DNA of 62,965 nt, filler included, from Choristocarpus tenellus KU-1152 (GCA_964200185.2; 12 parts of 12 records of this genome joined end to end with filler, not necessarily neighbours in it), one strand, 5' to 3'; shown: positions 24,850 through 37,545, counted from the whole stretch's first letter. The notes: a model not told the origin generated them from the letters alone. Program-made: numbers and translations.

Positions 24850-27500
24850 CACACACTTTCAATACAATAACCACTTTAGGACTTGCGAGAGGTCAGTCTG
24901 CTTCTCGCTGAAGTGTCTCAAGCTACCCTCAGTGCGGGCGAGGCTGATGGGGAAGGAATGGGACAGACATCCCAACATCAATCCAAGAAACAGACTGCAT
25001 GAGTTTACAGGAGGACGAGCCGACCTTTTGGCAGGCGCCTTTGGTGTTGACAATGAACTGGCACCCTCTGGTCCTGGCTGTGGGCGATTTATGTCGTTGA
25101 GGGAGATTGGAGTAGTTGATTGGGGAAGCCTCTAGGAGTGTTGGAAGGAGTGAGATTGAGATTTCTAGCACAACTGCTTGCTTAGCCACCTCCAAAGAAA
25201 GCGTTTTTCTGGGAGGAAGTTTGTATGTGCTTGTTTGGTCTTGTGATTTGAAGTTTGGAGTACTTTGAATACCCATTCCCAAGTATGGAATATAAATCCA
25301 TACTAGATGTCATGCGCTCGAGAAGTTCTTTTAATAGGAGAAGTATGAAGGGCTGATGGAGTTGTAACCAGCCATCACCGATCACTACTGTAGCATTCTG
25401 AAGTCCCTTCTCGTGATCTAATGATCTAGCATGTCCTGTGTATCATTCCTCTGTGACAAGAAATTGCTGTTCTTGGTTTTTTGTGTCATTTCATCCTCGT
25501 TTGTTGGACTAAATACTTCTGTTTTCAGTCAGTTACGACCACTGTTGTCGTTCTCTCTACCACTGTATGCATTACTTCCTCCACACTACACCATCGTGTA
25601 CTGTAAGAGAGGATTGATTTGCGTTGTTGCTCTTATTCTGCTCTCTTTGCATGGTTTTGATTGGAATATTGTAGCCAGGGGTGGACTGGGATCGAGGGTC
25701 AGAGTAATTAGACAGAGACAATGTGACGAGCACGACTTGGATCTGGTAAGTCAACTTCGCTCTCAACCATATGGGATGATGAACAGGTTTGCTCTTCCTT
25801 TCAACGGCATCTTCGTTTAAGAACCAAGTTTTAGGTGCCGGTTTGTCGAAATGTTATCAGAACAGAATATACTGTATTTGACAGTGTACCAGTAGTAGGC
25901 AATATGCATCCTACCTAGAATTGTGGAAAGAAGCAAGGACTCAACCAAATTGGAATGCATCAAATTGTGTGTGTTATTATAGTTTTTTTCAAAAAACGTG
26001 ACATACGTTTCTGACCAGCCTATGAATATGGGAAAATATCGAATACTGATGAGGGTACTTGAATTTTCTAGAGTACTTTACCCACTGCTTTGTTTGTGTT
26101 TGCTTGCGCTTGCTTGCATTATCTGGTTTGCATAATCTATTTTGCATCGATCACCAGTACATTCCAGGCAAAAGCAAAACCATGAGCAAGGTAGTGTTCG
26201 CTGTTTTTCCACCTCAACCAGCAGTGATACTATTTGAAGAGCATGATGCTCCTGGAGCAACAACTCAAAGCTATCGACAGAGTAGTGCAGCAATTGTTTG
26301 GTATATCACTCAGCAGGTGCGAAAATCTCTTATGACCATGTGGTGGAGAGTTAATGGCCGATGAGTATTACAGGTGAATTTGATTTTTTTTTCTACTCTT
26401 CTTGTGCACACCCTAGTAGTAGTGGTGTAGGATGTGTGTTTACGTGTGATTAGAGGTATTGTTGAAATCAGGGTGTGCCTTATTGGCTGTGACTGGATAC
26501 GAAGAACATGGAACAGGGCAGTTATTGCTCGTCTAGTGGTGATGGGAATACATGTCATCGTGTGATTGTTCTTTGGGAAGAGCTTCTACGATAACATACT
26601 ACTTTTTTGTAGAAGTATTCATTGAGGATGAGTAGGAACTTCAGTATCATCATGTACTTCTATGTCTCTGTTGCTACATCTGATCTTGGAACAGTGGCAG
26701 TAAAATATGTTGTATTTGTTCATCCTATGCATGTAAGGGAATGACCCTCTCTCTAGACTTTTTCCTTGTGCGTTGGTATGAGGGAGTAAATATTACACCT
26801 TTACTAAATAATCGGTGCCTACCGATTTTGAGGCTAAATCGGAGGTACTGGCGGCACAGAAGAATTCTTAGGGCCGACCTTTTCCACTCACTACTTCTCG
26901 TCGGAAATTTGTGGCATTCAACACTGGTGGGAGGTGTCCAGTCACTTGTGCCCTTTACCCAGGATAATTTACCCAACCAGAGTCGCTCGTAACATATTGA
27001 AGGGTAAGCGGCAAGTGGTGATGCAAAAGGCCATAGGTTTTAGGGATTGGTGGGTGTCAATACTCACAAGTGAAGGACAGGTCACATTCCAGTGAGGGAT
27101 GTGGGAAGTAGGTACACAATACAACCCATCTGTGCAATGGCTATTTGAGTGCGAGGGTTAATATCTTTCTTCACATAGAGGTGACAAACGGTTCGTGTGG
27201 TATATGGAAGCTAAAATAGCAGTGGGTATCTCGCACAAGTAAAATATGAAATACGAGTGTATTTTTGGCGACCGAATCAACCCTGACGCAAAGTGGAAAG
27301 GATTTCGTACTGTCCTGGGCAGCGAGGGCCAGACAATACACGATGCAGCAAGTCCTGTGCACCACTGACTGGAGTTTTCTTGATACTTGCCGTCCCACCA
27401 ACCTGTGTCACTGACGATGACTGAGGCCCCATCACTGGCAAGCCTGTCATTTTGGCAATACCAAACCCGTCTATCATAATTTTTAGTCATCATTATCACC
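24850..27500 (-). pseudogene. Highly degenerate piggyBac-like DDE transposase relic
   Basis: Fragments in the expected order: RSPKIHSYFIFYLCEIPTAILASIYHTNR (SP..YF...I...TN), KRSALRILLCRQYLRFS (R.RF..I...LHF), HYSVDSF (SIDE-like), VVIGDGWLQ, RKTLSLEVAKQ (F...LA..L), and a Cys-rich tail RHKSP...CQFI...CQKVGSSSCK. Many stops and frameshifts; no termini found. Confidence 0.45.
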
Positions 27501-28561
27501 TCCATGGCAGTAAGCAGCATCCAACTTCAGTGTGATATGGGGGTGGAAGGTAAAACATGAATGTGCACAATGTCGGTGAGTGTTTGACAAATATCTGAAA
27601 TATATATATATATATGGTACAAGTATATGAATAGTGGTAGTAGTGATGCTTCATTGGGAAAGCGGAAGATATGCAAAGGAGACATTTCCAGCAAAGGGCA
27701 ATACATAATAGGAGAAAATTGACATCAGAATGTCGAATATTCTTAACCCCTTCCTCAATCTTGGGTGTGGATTATGTTCAGTACGATACGCAAAATGTCG
27801 TTTAAACTATTTGAAATGTACTCCTCACTTGTAGTACAAGAGGCAAAGTATCCTAGAGTGGGATGAAGTTGGGGGATTTTGATCTAAAAAGGGACATAAA
27901 AAATGTTGTCCCTGAATCCGCATTTTTTCCGTAGGTCACATCGGTATCCCCAATCACAGACAGGAGTCTGAAGATGTAGAGAATCTGTCCCGGTGAAGGA
28001 AATCACTTATTCTTGAATAAACGACCCCACACATAACATCAAACTCAGAAGACAGTAATAGAGATTCCTATGACCAACGTCACCCACCTCAAGGATACTT
28101 CAACTTACAAATAGATAATCTTGTACAGATTGTGTAAGTGCTCAAATTGCGATATTGGGGTGTCCCATGTGTTAAACTGGAGACGGCATGTCTAGGAGGG
28201 ACTTGACCGAATCGTGCAATTCTTTCGTTGCTTCTTGAACAGCTTCATAGTGTCCGTCTAGGAGTAACAGTTTCAATTATGGTCGTTCAATTAATTTTCT
28301 TGTTTTCAATTACACCACAACCCTTGACAGTGTATCTGATGGACCTCTGAATATATTGTTGTTGTGGGGCTTGTTGTATTCTTACTTTTTACTCTTTGTG
28401 CAGATCCTACCAGTGTTGTGTTTGTTTTCTTCACTTGACCTTTCTTCTGTTCCTCCATGACAACCTCGACTTTCCAAAATGTCGGTGGATATAAAAGCTG
28501 TAAAATATGAATGATGTTGAGAATATCCGTTTGTAGAGATATCTCACGGTGATTGCAACAG

Positions 28562-28632
28562 GCGCTAGTAGTTCAGTGGTAGAATACGTGATTGCCATTC
28601 ACGTGGCCTGGGTTCGATTCCCGGCTGGCGCA
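28562..28632 (+). tRNA. tRNA-Gly(GCC)
   Basis: GCGCTAG/CTGGCGC acceptor stem, D loop AGTGGTA, anticodon arm CGTGA-TTGCCAT-TCACG, T loop GGTTCGATTCC, discriminator A; 71 nt. Confidence 0.95.
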
Positions 28633-29099
28633 TTGGATTAAAAACGTACTACAATGCATAATTTTGCACGTGGTGACTAGCGACGATCGTTCATCTTAAT
28701 TTTACATTTTCCAGAGAACGGATCGGACGCCCATTGATTGGATCACTCTCTACCTTACACCGTCCCCTGAAATTAAATGACTCACAAGTCTGAGATGAGC
28801 CACCAAGCATTTCATTTTATAGTTATTGCTGTGAATCAAAACGCCTTGAGATGCAGGCGTTAGTAGATTGCTGAGTATATCACTAGATGCAAAGCAGAAA
28901 ATATCTGTAGCAACTATGGTCAAACACAACCCCTTCCATTCTACCCGTAATCCACGTATGCTGCCAGACATCAGTAAGGAGAAGGTTCGGGACGCCCACA
29001 AGGTGATCTGTTTGATCTTATGGATATCTGGCAGGGGCCCGGCTTGTGATGCCTTCGTTGAGTTTGGCACTCTCTGACAACCACTTTGGCCTCCAGGCT

Positions 29100-29279
29100 G
29101 TCTCAAAGCATCTGAGGGGGTTAGCGGGTGCTCATTTGGGGCCCATTTTTCCATGTCACAATTTTTGAGTGATTTGGTTGCATGTGTCAGATGGATAATG
29201 TAAGTGCACCTTTCCTGGTCAGGGCCCAAATGTACACCCTGGTGGAGACTCCCCTCCCACCCCCCAGACATTTTGAGCC
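29100..29279. mobile_element. MITE family A copy
   Basis: GTCTCAAAGCATCTGAGGGGG...CCCCAGACATTTTGAGCC. The internal sequence is shared with the 44404 and 52399 copies. Confidence 0.85.
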
Positions 29280-30654
29280 GCTATTCCTCATCAACTTGGC
29301 ATAAGCTCATGAGCTTGAAATTATCCAGGAGAAGGGATATAATCTCACGCTAGCATGCCCCCTCTACCAGCACGCAAAAAATGCATCATCCCAAATATTT
29401 CATAGAGAACAGTATACTGTAGTGTATTGGATGGAGATACATATATGAAAATTTTCAAGTGTCAGAAAATCTTTCCCATTCACTATACAGACGAACTCTG
29501 TCGTCATTGTACTTGAGTTCTTTGCCATGCATGTTTCTTCTCGATCCCTCCATCACAACACACGAAAAATGCTAATGGACTTAGTATAATGTACTTTATG
29601 GGGATTAGTGTTACCTTGCCGCCAGTGAGGGCAACAATCAACTTGAATTTTGTCCAATACAAACAAAGTTATGACTAATCTATCATCCCCTTCTGTCCTC
29701 CAGGAACTCCCAAGCAAAATATAGGCGTAAGGTTAACTAAACTTTTTTCATCTCCCCTATGCGCATGACATGCAAAGCCTCAACCTGGACGGAGCTACAC
29801 TGTCGCCTCTCATCTCAAACAAAAGGGACTCTGTCGCCCGTCCCACCGATGCCAACCAATTATGTATTTAACCCCGATCATTTGATGGTGTCTTTTTGAG
29901 GTAGCAATGGAAATACACACACATCATGTGGTTGGGTTACTACACAAGGGGGGGGCAGGGATTCTCGCAGGGCAAAGGTGCATCTGGCAACTATGCTGAA
30001 TGTAAGGAGGGAGGTGGCAAGGTAGAAATGCTTTGATGTACTGATGGAGGAGAGGTCATTGGCAGGATGATGTTAATTCAGTTCTGTCAAAATGAGGAGT
30101 GACAAGGATTTGTTCTTACTATCTGCAGCAACTCCAATACCAAACAATATCCACGAATGGCGGTAGGTTACGGCATTACAGAGATGGAAGAGACCGTTGA
30201 TCATCACTGAGCCTAAGGACTGGTAGATCTATGATCTCCAACTACTGGAGGAGTCTCAACAAAGAGGTGTATCTGTCAGTGAGTGGTGTACCTCGCTCCA
30301 GTCGGGTTGTGGCTATGCTATTCAGCAGTGTGTATTTGCATTACCTGCTCAATTCATCATCAAGAATCCAGAACTCGTCAGAGGTACATATCTCTCGTAA
30401 GTCCTTACTGCAATCCTCCCCTGTCGCTCCTCTTGCCGTCAGTTGCTATCGAGTAACCCAAGGGTCAAAGTATCTTGGGGGGGGGGCATTTGCAGCGCTC
30501 CCTTTTTGGTGCTTTTTTTGTGATTAGGGTTTAGGGTTAAGGGGTGTACTGTTGNNNNNNNNNNNNNNNNNNNNNNNNNNNNNNNNNNNNNNNNNNNNTT
30601 AATTAATTAANNNNNNNNNNNNNNNNNNNNNNNNNNNNNNNNNNNNNNNNNNNN

Positions 30655-33405
30655 AGCTTTAGTAATATGCCTTGCCAACTATTGGACAAGCAACTCCAAC
30701 GGCGAGGTCAGATGGGGCTCCAAGGGCAGGGGGGGGGGCAAGCTCTGAGCAGTGGGGTTAGCCAACAACAGCAAGGATGTAAGCTGCGACAGAGACAAGG
30801 GGTGGGGCAGAGACGTGAGGAGGGGCAGGTTCAGGGACGTTGTCAAGTTAGTGGCAGAAGGCTTATGGGCCCTGGGAGGGTTGGGGGGCAAGGCCAGGGG
30901 GCAGTTGTGGTTCCAGGGTGTAGCATATTTTCTCCTCAGGTTCATGCACAGCTGATTCAGAGGCAGGAGGCAATTCTGAGGCAAGAGATGCAGGAGAGGC
31001 TGGAACGTCAAGAGAGGGAAGCAGCTGAAAAGCGCCTTGAGAAGGAGCGGAGGGAGAAGGAGAAGCAACACAGGAAGGAATTGGAATTGAAAGTGGCACA
31101 GGTGACGCAGGCGGCACAGGCTAGGACTTGTGGGGAGGGAACAGAACCAGTGGGCAGTGGGAGGGACATGGAAAGGTCTCCTCAGGTTTCTAATCTTCAT
31201 GAGGCTCTTACAGCGTCGGTGGCTGGGGTTGGGGTGCATAAGGTTGGGAGGATGGACTGGAGAAGACCCGGTGAGGTGATTGACATCAGTGGAGGGAGGG
31301 AGAGTGTGGCTGGCAGTGTAGGTGTAGCGGCCAAGGGGATTGGGGACACCCTGGGACTGAGTGGGGCTTTTGGTGAGAATCCTGATGAGGTGTGGTGGAA
31401 GGAGTTGTGTGGAAAGCGATTTAGTGACGTGGATGGGGGTGTGAAGGGGGGTGTTTTTGGCATGGCTGGGAGAAGGCAGGCCGCAAATAGGTGTTCTTCT
31501 GAGAAGCCGATTATGCTTGATATCACTGTAGGTGATGAGGAGGAACGAGGGGATCAATTCAAGGGGAGGGCTAGTTCAGTAGGCACAGCCACAGCTGGGT
31601 CAGGGGCAAGGGCGAGGGAGGTGAATGCTGAAGCTGGTGGGGGTAAGCCAGGATCGAGGAGGGCCTTGGTCTCACACCGAACTGAAAAGAGTGGAACTTG
31701 TTCTCCAGGGGAAGGAGCGGGTACGGTACCGGGAGTGTCTGTGGCGGCAGCGCCACAGACATGTGCTGAGATTGCTATGGCACCAGATATCACTTCTTCT
31801 GGTGTATCCAAGGTAGGCATTCCGTATATTTCCAAGTCTTCAAATGGTGGTTACGGACAGCAGCCTGAGCAATTGGTTTGGCAGCGAATTGGAGGCAAGG
31901 CCGTTTCGCCAGGGCCTAGGACTGCTGGGACTGGGAGTAGTGGGTACAGGACTGATTTGCATAGGCCCCTGGGTCATGAGGGCAGTCATAGGGGTGGTGT
32001 GAAGCTTGGTGACTGTTTTGGTGGTGATGCTGTTCGGGGAAAGGTGTTCTCGCCTCTGAAGGATTTTGGTGTGGCTGGGGCAGGGGCACAGTCAAGTGGC
32101 GAAATGTTTGATGGGGCTTGTGGAGGTGGTAGATCTGGGGTTGGGGCAGGGGTGAGGTTGGAGAGGGGCAAGGGAGAAGATGTTGCTGCATTGCGGGGAC
32201 AGGCTGTTTGTTGTGAAGGTGTAGCTCTGGTCCAGCCTGCTGCTTCTCAAAAGGATGATGGAAATGGCCTTCACCATAGTGGACCTACTACTGGACAAGG
32301 AGGAGGGGAGGGGGGGGAGATAGCAGGCGGTGGAAAGGGTCGCAAGAGTGATGGGTTGAATGTCAGCCTTGTTTCAACTGTGTCTTCTGCCTTTCCTGGT
32401 ACTCTATCTGTTGCTGCCGTCAGTACTACTACCCTTGGTACCGATGGTACCTCCTCTTGCAGTTCTGGTACAATCTCTGTTCCCGTTGGTACTACATCTT
32501 GTACCAGTGACACCGCCGTTGTGCGTGGTCCTTCCTCTCCAACAGTAGCACCGGCAGCGGCCGCTGGAGGGGGATCCGCTTCTCGATCCTGGTCTACAAG
32601 AAGAAAGCTCTCCCCTGCCCCTTCCACCGGCTCTACTGCTTCCGGAGTTTCTCTTCGAACAGCCTCCCCTCCCTCCTCTTTTTCCTCTCTCCCCTCTCGT
32701 TTTGCGGGGCTGGGGTCAGAGCTGGCGACGGCCTTGAAGCTGGCGATGAAAGATGCCGCAGATGCAGTCAAGCCCCACAAAGACAGACGGGGACTGACCC
32801 TAGGGGAAGGTCCGTTTCAAGGGTGGCAGGAGCTTGCACCCCTACCCCGGACACCATCTCCATGCTCCTCGGTGTCCTCCATATCGACCGTGGCGTCTTC
32901 CTTTTGGGGCACTGGCTCGTCCTCAGCCTCAACGCCGTCCCCGACCCGTTCTAGGTTCTACTGCTACTCGAGGTCACGGTCTCCGTCCCTGGATGGCGAT
33001 TGGTCTGATGGCGGCAAGGGTTCTCGCCGCAAGGGTTCTGCTGGTGGTGTTGGTGGTTCTGGTTCTGGTTCTGGTCGTAGGTGCTGGTCCCCTGTATCCC
33101 GTGGTGGTACCCAACAACAGCTTCGAGGCGTGTATGGGCGGTTTGAGGGTAGGGGGGGGGACAGGGGTTTGGAGGATGGCAGGCGAAAGGTGGGTCGATC
33201 TCGTAAGGTGTGTAGGGGCGAGGGAGGAGGCGGGGGAGGCAGGGGGCGGAGTGGGGGGAAGTTGAATGGGAGGCGATCTGAAAATGGCAACAATCGCCGG
33301 GGGGGGGGGGATGAGTGCAACAAAGGTGGCAACCGAGAGGGGCATCCGGTGGTGGCGGGGTGGGTGGCGCCTGGAGCTTTGGCGAAAGGGACCAACGGTA
33401 CTTTG
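30655..33405 (+). CDS. Contig-spanning open frame; Gly/Ser/Arg-rich low-complexity protein fragment with a short coiled coil
   Basis: No stop over about 917 codons, open at both contig ends. Coiled-coil-like QEMQERLERQEREAAEKRLEKERREKEKQHRKELELK. No recognisable domain. Confidence 0.65.
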
Positions 33406-33505
33406 NNNNNNNNNNNNNNNNNNNNNNNNNNNNNNNNNNNNNNNNNNNNTTAATTAATTAANNNNNNNNNNNNNNNNNNNNNNNNNNNNNNNNNNNNNNN
33501 NNNNN

Positions 33506-35062
33506 AAAGGTGGGGGTCGAGGATCATCAGCTATAAACTCGAGGTGCTTCAAGCCGTCAAAGTAGGGGTCTTTTGGGGTGATTTTCAGGCCAGAGCTGGG
33601 CACATTAAGGGTCAGAATGTCAGCATGGCAACCCCCCCATCGACTCCCCCTGCGTAGGAAGGGTCCCCAAGTGTCCCTGAATACCAGGGTTGCACTTGCG
33701 GTGCGGCATGCCCTTGCGATGGTCCCTGGAGAGCATACACTGCTGCGATAGATTTGGCTGGCCCTCGCAGTGGAGTTGGGAGTGTCTGAGTGTTACATGC
33801 GAGAGCTCTGGGAGGACGTTGCTGATCAGCTCAGCCGTGGCTACACGCTTGACCTAGAGGTGGTGGCACGAAGTAAGCGGCCTTCAGAGCTCACACCGAC
33901 CAAGATGGCCGCAATACATAGTATCAACTCCGATAATCGGTCATCCACAGTGCATCAGGTGACAATGAAGATGGCTGCCAAGGGGCTGAATTATAGCACA
34001 ATAATCATAAACAGGTGGCTGGATGATATGGAGGCCATGCTGAATCGCCGCTGGATCAAACCCAAGCTTAAATCGTGGCAAAAGGTATGGAGAATGGACT
34101 TTGTGATCAAGTGGACCGGAAATATGGTGTGTACGCCTCCATGGCGAACATGATCCATGTGTAGATAAAACCTGGTTTTATGCGATTGCTGATGGGAAAA
34201 AGGGTATTTCAGCATGAGGGTGATAGCAACCTTCCAGGGTCCCCTACTGTGCTGCACAAGAGTCATATCCCCAAAACCATGATCATTGCAGCCAATGCCC
34301 GCCTAGATTCGACTCACAGCTTAGATGGAAAGCTTGGTCTTTGGCGTGTGTGTGCGCCAAAAACGGCAGACAGGAGAAGCAAGAACCATAAAAAGGGGGA
34401 TGTGTATGAGCAGGACTGTATCTTAGACCATTTGTGGTACAGGAAGTGGTACACGGAGGAGTTACTGCCTGCAATCAAGATCAAGATGCCTTGGTTGCAG
34501 GGGAAGCACGTTGTCGTTCAGCAAGACGGTGCCATCCCCCACACGGGCAAGGGCAACTCAGAAATGTTGTCGGGGTCAGGGAAGACTGAGGGTGGTCGAT
34601 TAGGCTTTTGACGCAGCCATCTAACTCGCCCGACCTCAATATCATGGGCCTGTGCTTCTTCATGTCTTTGAAATGCTGGGTGATGGGAGAGTGGTTTGAG
34701 TCCGTTGAGGAGATGGTGAAGGTCATTAAGAAACAGTTTGGGTACAACGAAACCACACTTGAGAGGCCTTGTCAACCCCTTTTTCTGGTGTACAATCAAG
34801 TACTTAGATACAAAGGGGAATGACTTCAGAGTGGAGCACACACGGGTAAGGAAGAGGCAGTTGTCTGGTGAGCTTGAAAACACAAAGAAGAGGCTTTTCC
34901 CGTGACTGATAAAGCTGTGATGGATGAGGAGCAATAATAACAAAAGGAGCTGACCCTAACCAGACATTCGTCAAGGATTCCAAATCTTCTTTCAGAAACG
35001 AATTTCATGGACATCTTCAAAAGTTATGGACAACGCGGCACAGACTTATGGCGCAGAGGTAG
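33506..35062 (+). mobile_element. Degenerate plant-mariner-like (DD39D-related) Tc1/mariner transposon, right TIR intact
   Basis: HTH region (RSKRPSELTPTK), MIHVD...WFY, HKSHIPKTM, DGKLGLW, RRSKNHKKG, VVVQQDGAIPH, QPSNSPDLN..LCFF. Ends GACTTATGGCGCAGAGGTAG|TA, related to the terminus at 8939. Confidence 0.9.
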
Positions 35063-35180
35063 TATTTAAACACTTCATTCGGAAAAAAATGTAGCACAAA
35101 TTTTCCAACCTCCGTTATTGCCTGGGAACGACTCACTTGATAAACCCTCTGGACGAGGCTTTGTTTTTTCTATATATATA

Positions 35181-37050
35181 CGTTGGCAGGCATGCAAATT
35201 TTGAGATGGCACGCTATCATGACTGTCGAGGATTACCAGTGTAGAATCGACCGAGTCACATTTGACGGGATTCAAAAACCTCGCGGAAATGTCGAAGCGG
35301 GTGATTATTGGGATGCCTAGGACAAAGATTCCCCGCCGTTTGAGCAGCTCACTCATCCCATCGTCGCCCATTGGTCCCAATTCTTCGGCTCAGAAGTCTG
35401 CCCGAGGTCAGGACTGAAAACACCCCAACGAAGAACAGTATGAAGGCGAGAGGGCACGAGACTCAGATGCCTCAGGGGACAGTGGTGGCCATCGTAGAGG
35501 ACTTTGGAATTTCCTAAATCGCCGCGTTCCATCATCTGAAGGAGTATGGCAGCCAGATTGCACGGGATGAATGCATGGACCTTGTATGACATCGCAAGAG
35601 GCGATGTGGCCACCGTACAAGTATTCTCGACATTTGGGATGTCCCATTGGTACACTGCGCATCCTTCCACAAATGGGCAGCCAAAGCTGGGGTCTCCCTT
35701 GCATTGTTGTGGGATCTGTGCAAGCATGAGAAGGCGAAGAAGGTCAAGTGATGGATTGATCCAGTCCTCTCACACCAGTAGAACATCAACAGGATGGGTT
35801 TTGTCATCAGTCACACGCACAAGAGGGGGTTAAGTGGTGTATTCGTGGACGATCTACATGACCAGGTGCATATGGACGGGAAGTGGTTTTACGTCCTCAA
35901 AGGTGGGCAATTTCTGAACCTGCACCCCACTGGGGAGTGAGAGTAGCTTAGAGGGTAAGGCCGCGTCCATTTGGGGGCCAGAATCCAATGTAGCGATTTT
36001 GATATAATTTTGGCCATCGTATTTGTGAGGAAGTGTCAATATCCTTGTTCCGAACTCGCCTTTTCATAGTTTCATACATGAAACCTACTCCAAAACATAC
36101 ACATTTGACCAATTCCGCTACATTTCGGAATAGGAAAATGTCTTAAAAAAATGGTGGGAAGCCAAGCCCCAAACGGACAAACAGGGCAAAACTTGTACCC
36201 CCTAAGATACTTTTACTCTAGGGATCTCCCCCAAGCCCCACGGGTACAGAATAAGGGTTACATTACAAACGTGATGTTCTATGCAGCTGCGGCCCACCCT
36301 AGGAAGCTCCCCAACAGGGTGTGGTTTGATGGGAAAATCGGGACCTGGTCAATCATGGACACTAAGGCCACTTAGCGCTCCAGCAAACACCACCCACATG
36401 CCTAGGCTGGAAGGATACAACATCTTCGTGCAACAGGACATTACAAAGCCAGACACCAAGGAGAGAATCATGGAGGCAATCAAGGAGGCGGCACAGGACA
36501 ACATTGTCATAGAGACCCAGCCAGCTAACTCACCTGGCCTCAGCGTCAATGACCTGGGATTCTTTCATTCCATCCAGCAACTGAAGGAAGACGTGGAGGT
36601 GACCAACACAGATGAGCTGGTGGAGGCCACAATGGAAGTGCCTTGATATGTACCCCTGGGAAACACTAGAGCACATCTGGCAGAGCCTCTTGACACTATA
36701 TGATGAAGTGCTGGGGTCCAAGGGTGAAAACGTCTTCAAAATTCCCCATCAAACCACACCCCGTTGAGAAACTTCCTAGGGTGGGCCGCAGCTGCATAGA
36801 ACATCACGTTTGTAATGTAACCCTTATTCTGTACCCGTATGGGGTGCAGGTTCACAGATTGCCCACCTTTGAGGATGTAAAACCACTTCCCGTCCATATG
36901 CACCTGGTCATGTAGATCGTCCACTAATAATCACCCGCTTCGACATTTCCACGAGGTTTTTGAATCCCGTTAAATGTGACTTGGTAGATGCTGCTCTTGT
37001 AATCCTTGACAGCCATGACAGCCCACCATCTCAAAATTTGCACGGCTCCT
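35181..37050 (+). mobile_element. Second mariner-like transposon (degenerate) whose 3' end is replaced by an inverted, deleted copy of its 5' part
   Basis: VHMDGKWFY...VQNKGYITNVMF...FDGKIGTW, IFVQQD...QPANSPGLSVNDLGFFHSIQ. 36740-36924 and 36925-37045 are reverse complements of about 35845-36340 (with deletion) and about 35190-35310. Both ends abut (TA)n. Confidence 0.85.
35935..36218. mobile_element. MITE family B copy inserted in mariner transposase
   Basis: TGGG|GAGTGAGAGTAGCTTAGAGGGTA...TACCCCCTAAGATACTTTTACTC|TAGG. Removing the element plus 4 bp restores NLHPTGDLPQAPRVQNK. Confidence 0.9.
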
Positions 37051-37055
37051 AATAA

Positions 37056-37086
<31 letters not shown>

Positions 37087-37209
37087 ATATAGAAAACAGA
37101 ACCTTGTCAATAGGGTTTGTTTTGCTCACGAATTCTGGATTATTATTATTATTTTCTACGTTTGTATCCCTCCCTATTCCCTTTTCTCTCCACATTCTAA
37201 TAACCCTTG

Positions 37210-37365
37210 TGACCAACCAGTGCGACCTATTCGCCACTGATTTCCAGCCACCGTTCACCTCTGATGACCAACCAGGGCGAACCCGTTTCACCACTGATTT
37301 CCAGTCACCCCCTACATCTGATGACTAACCAGGGCGACCCCTTGCCACTGATTTCCAGTCACCCC
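37210..37365. repeat. ~55-57-bp minisatellite (TGAC.AACCAGGGCGA...CCACTGATTTCCAGTCACC), at least 3 units, truncated at contig end
   Basis: Direct tandem copies. Confidence 0.85.
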
Positions 37366-37466
37366 NNNNNNNNNNNNNNNNNNNNNNNNNNNNNNNNNNN
37401 NNNNNNNNNTTAATTAATTAANNNNNNNNNNNNNNNNNNNNNNNNNNNNNNNNNNNNNNNNNNNNC

Positions 37467-37545
37467 TGATGTTCAAGATAGGTCACCCTCAGGGTATACC
37501 TTCTACATGATATTCAAGATAGGTAACCTTCAGGGTATACCTTCT
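37467..37545. repeat. 41-bp tandem duplication (TGAT.TTCAAGATAGGT.ACC.TCAGGGTATACCTTCT)
   Basis: Two copies at the contig start. Confidence 0.8.

Noticed and set aside
28750-29100. Possible pogo/DDE_1 fragment (SNLLTPASQGVL)
   Set aside because: Only one weak motif, and the ORF starts inside a MITE.
30679-33395. Long minus-strand ORFs (292, 169 and 143 aa)
   Set aside because: Shadow frames of the G-rich plus-strand ORF.
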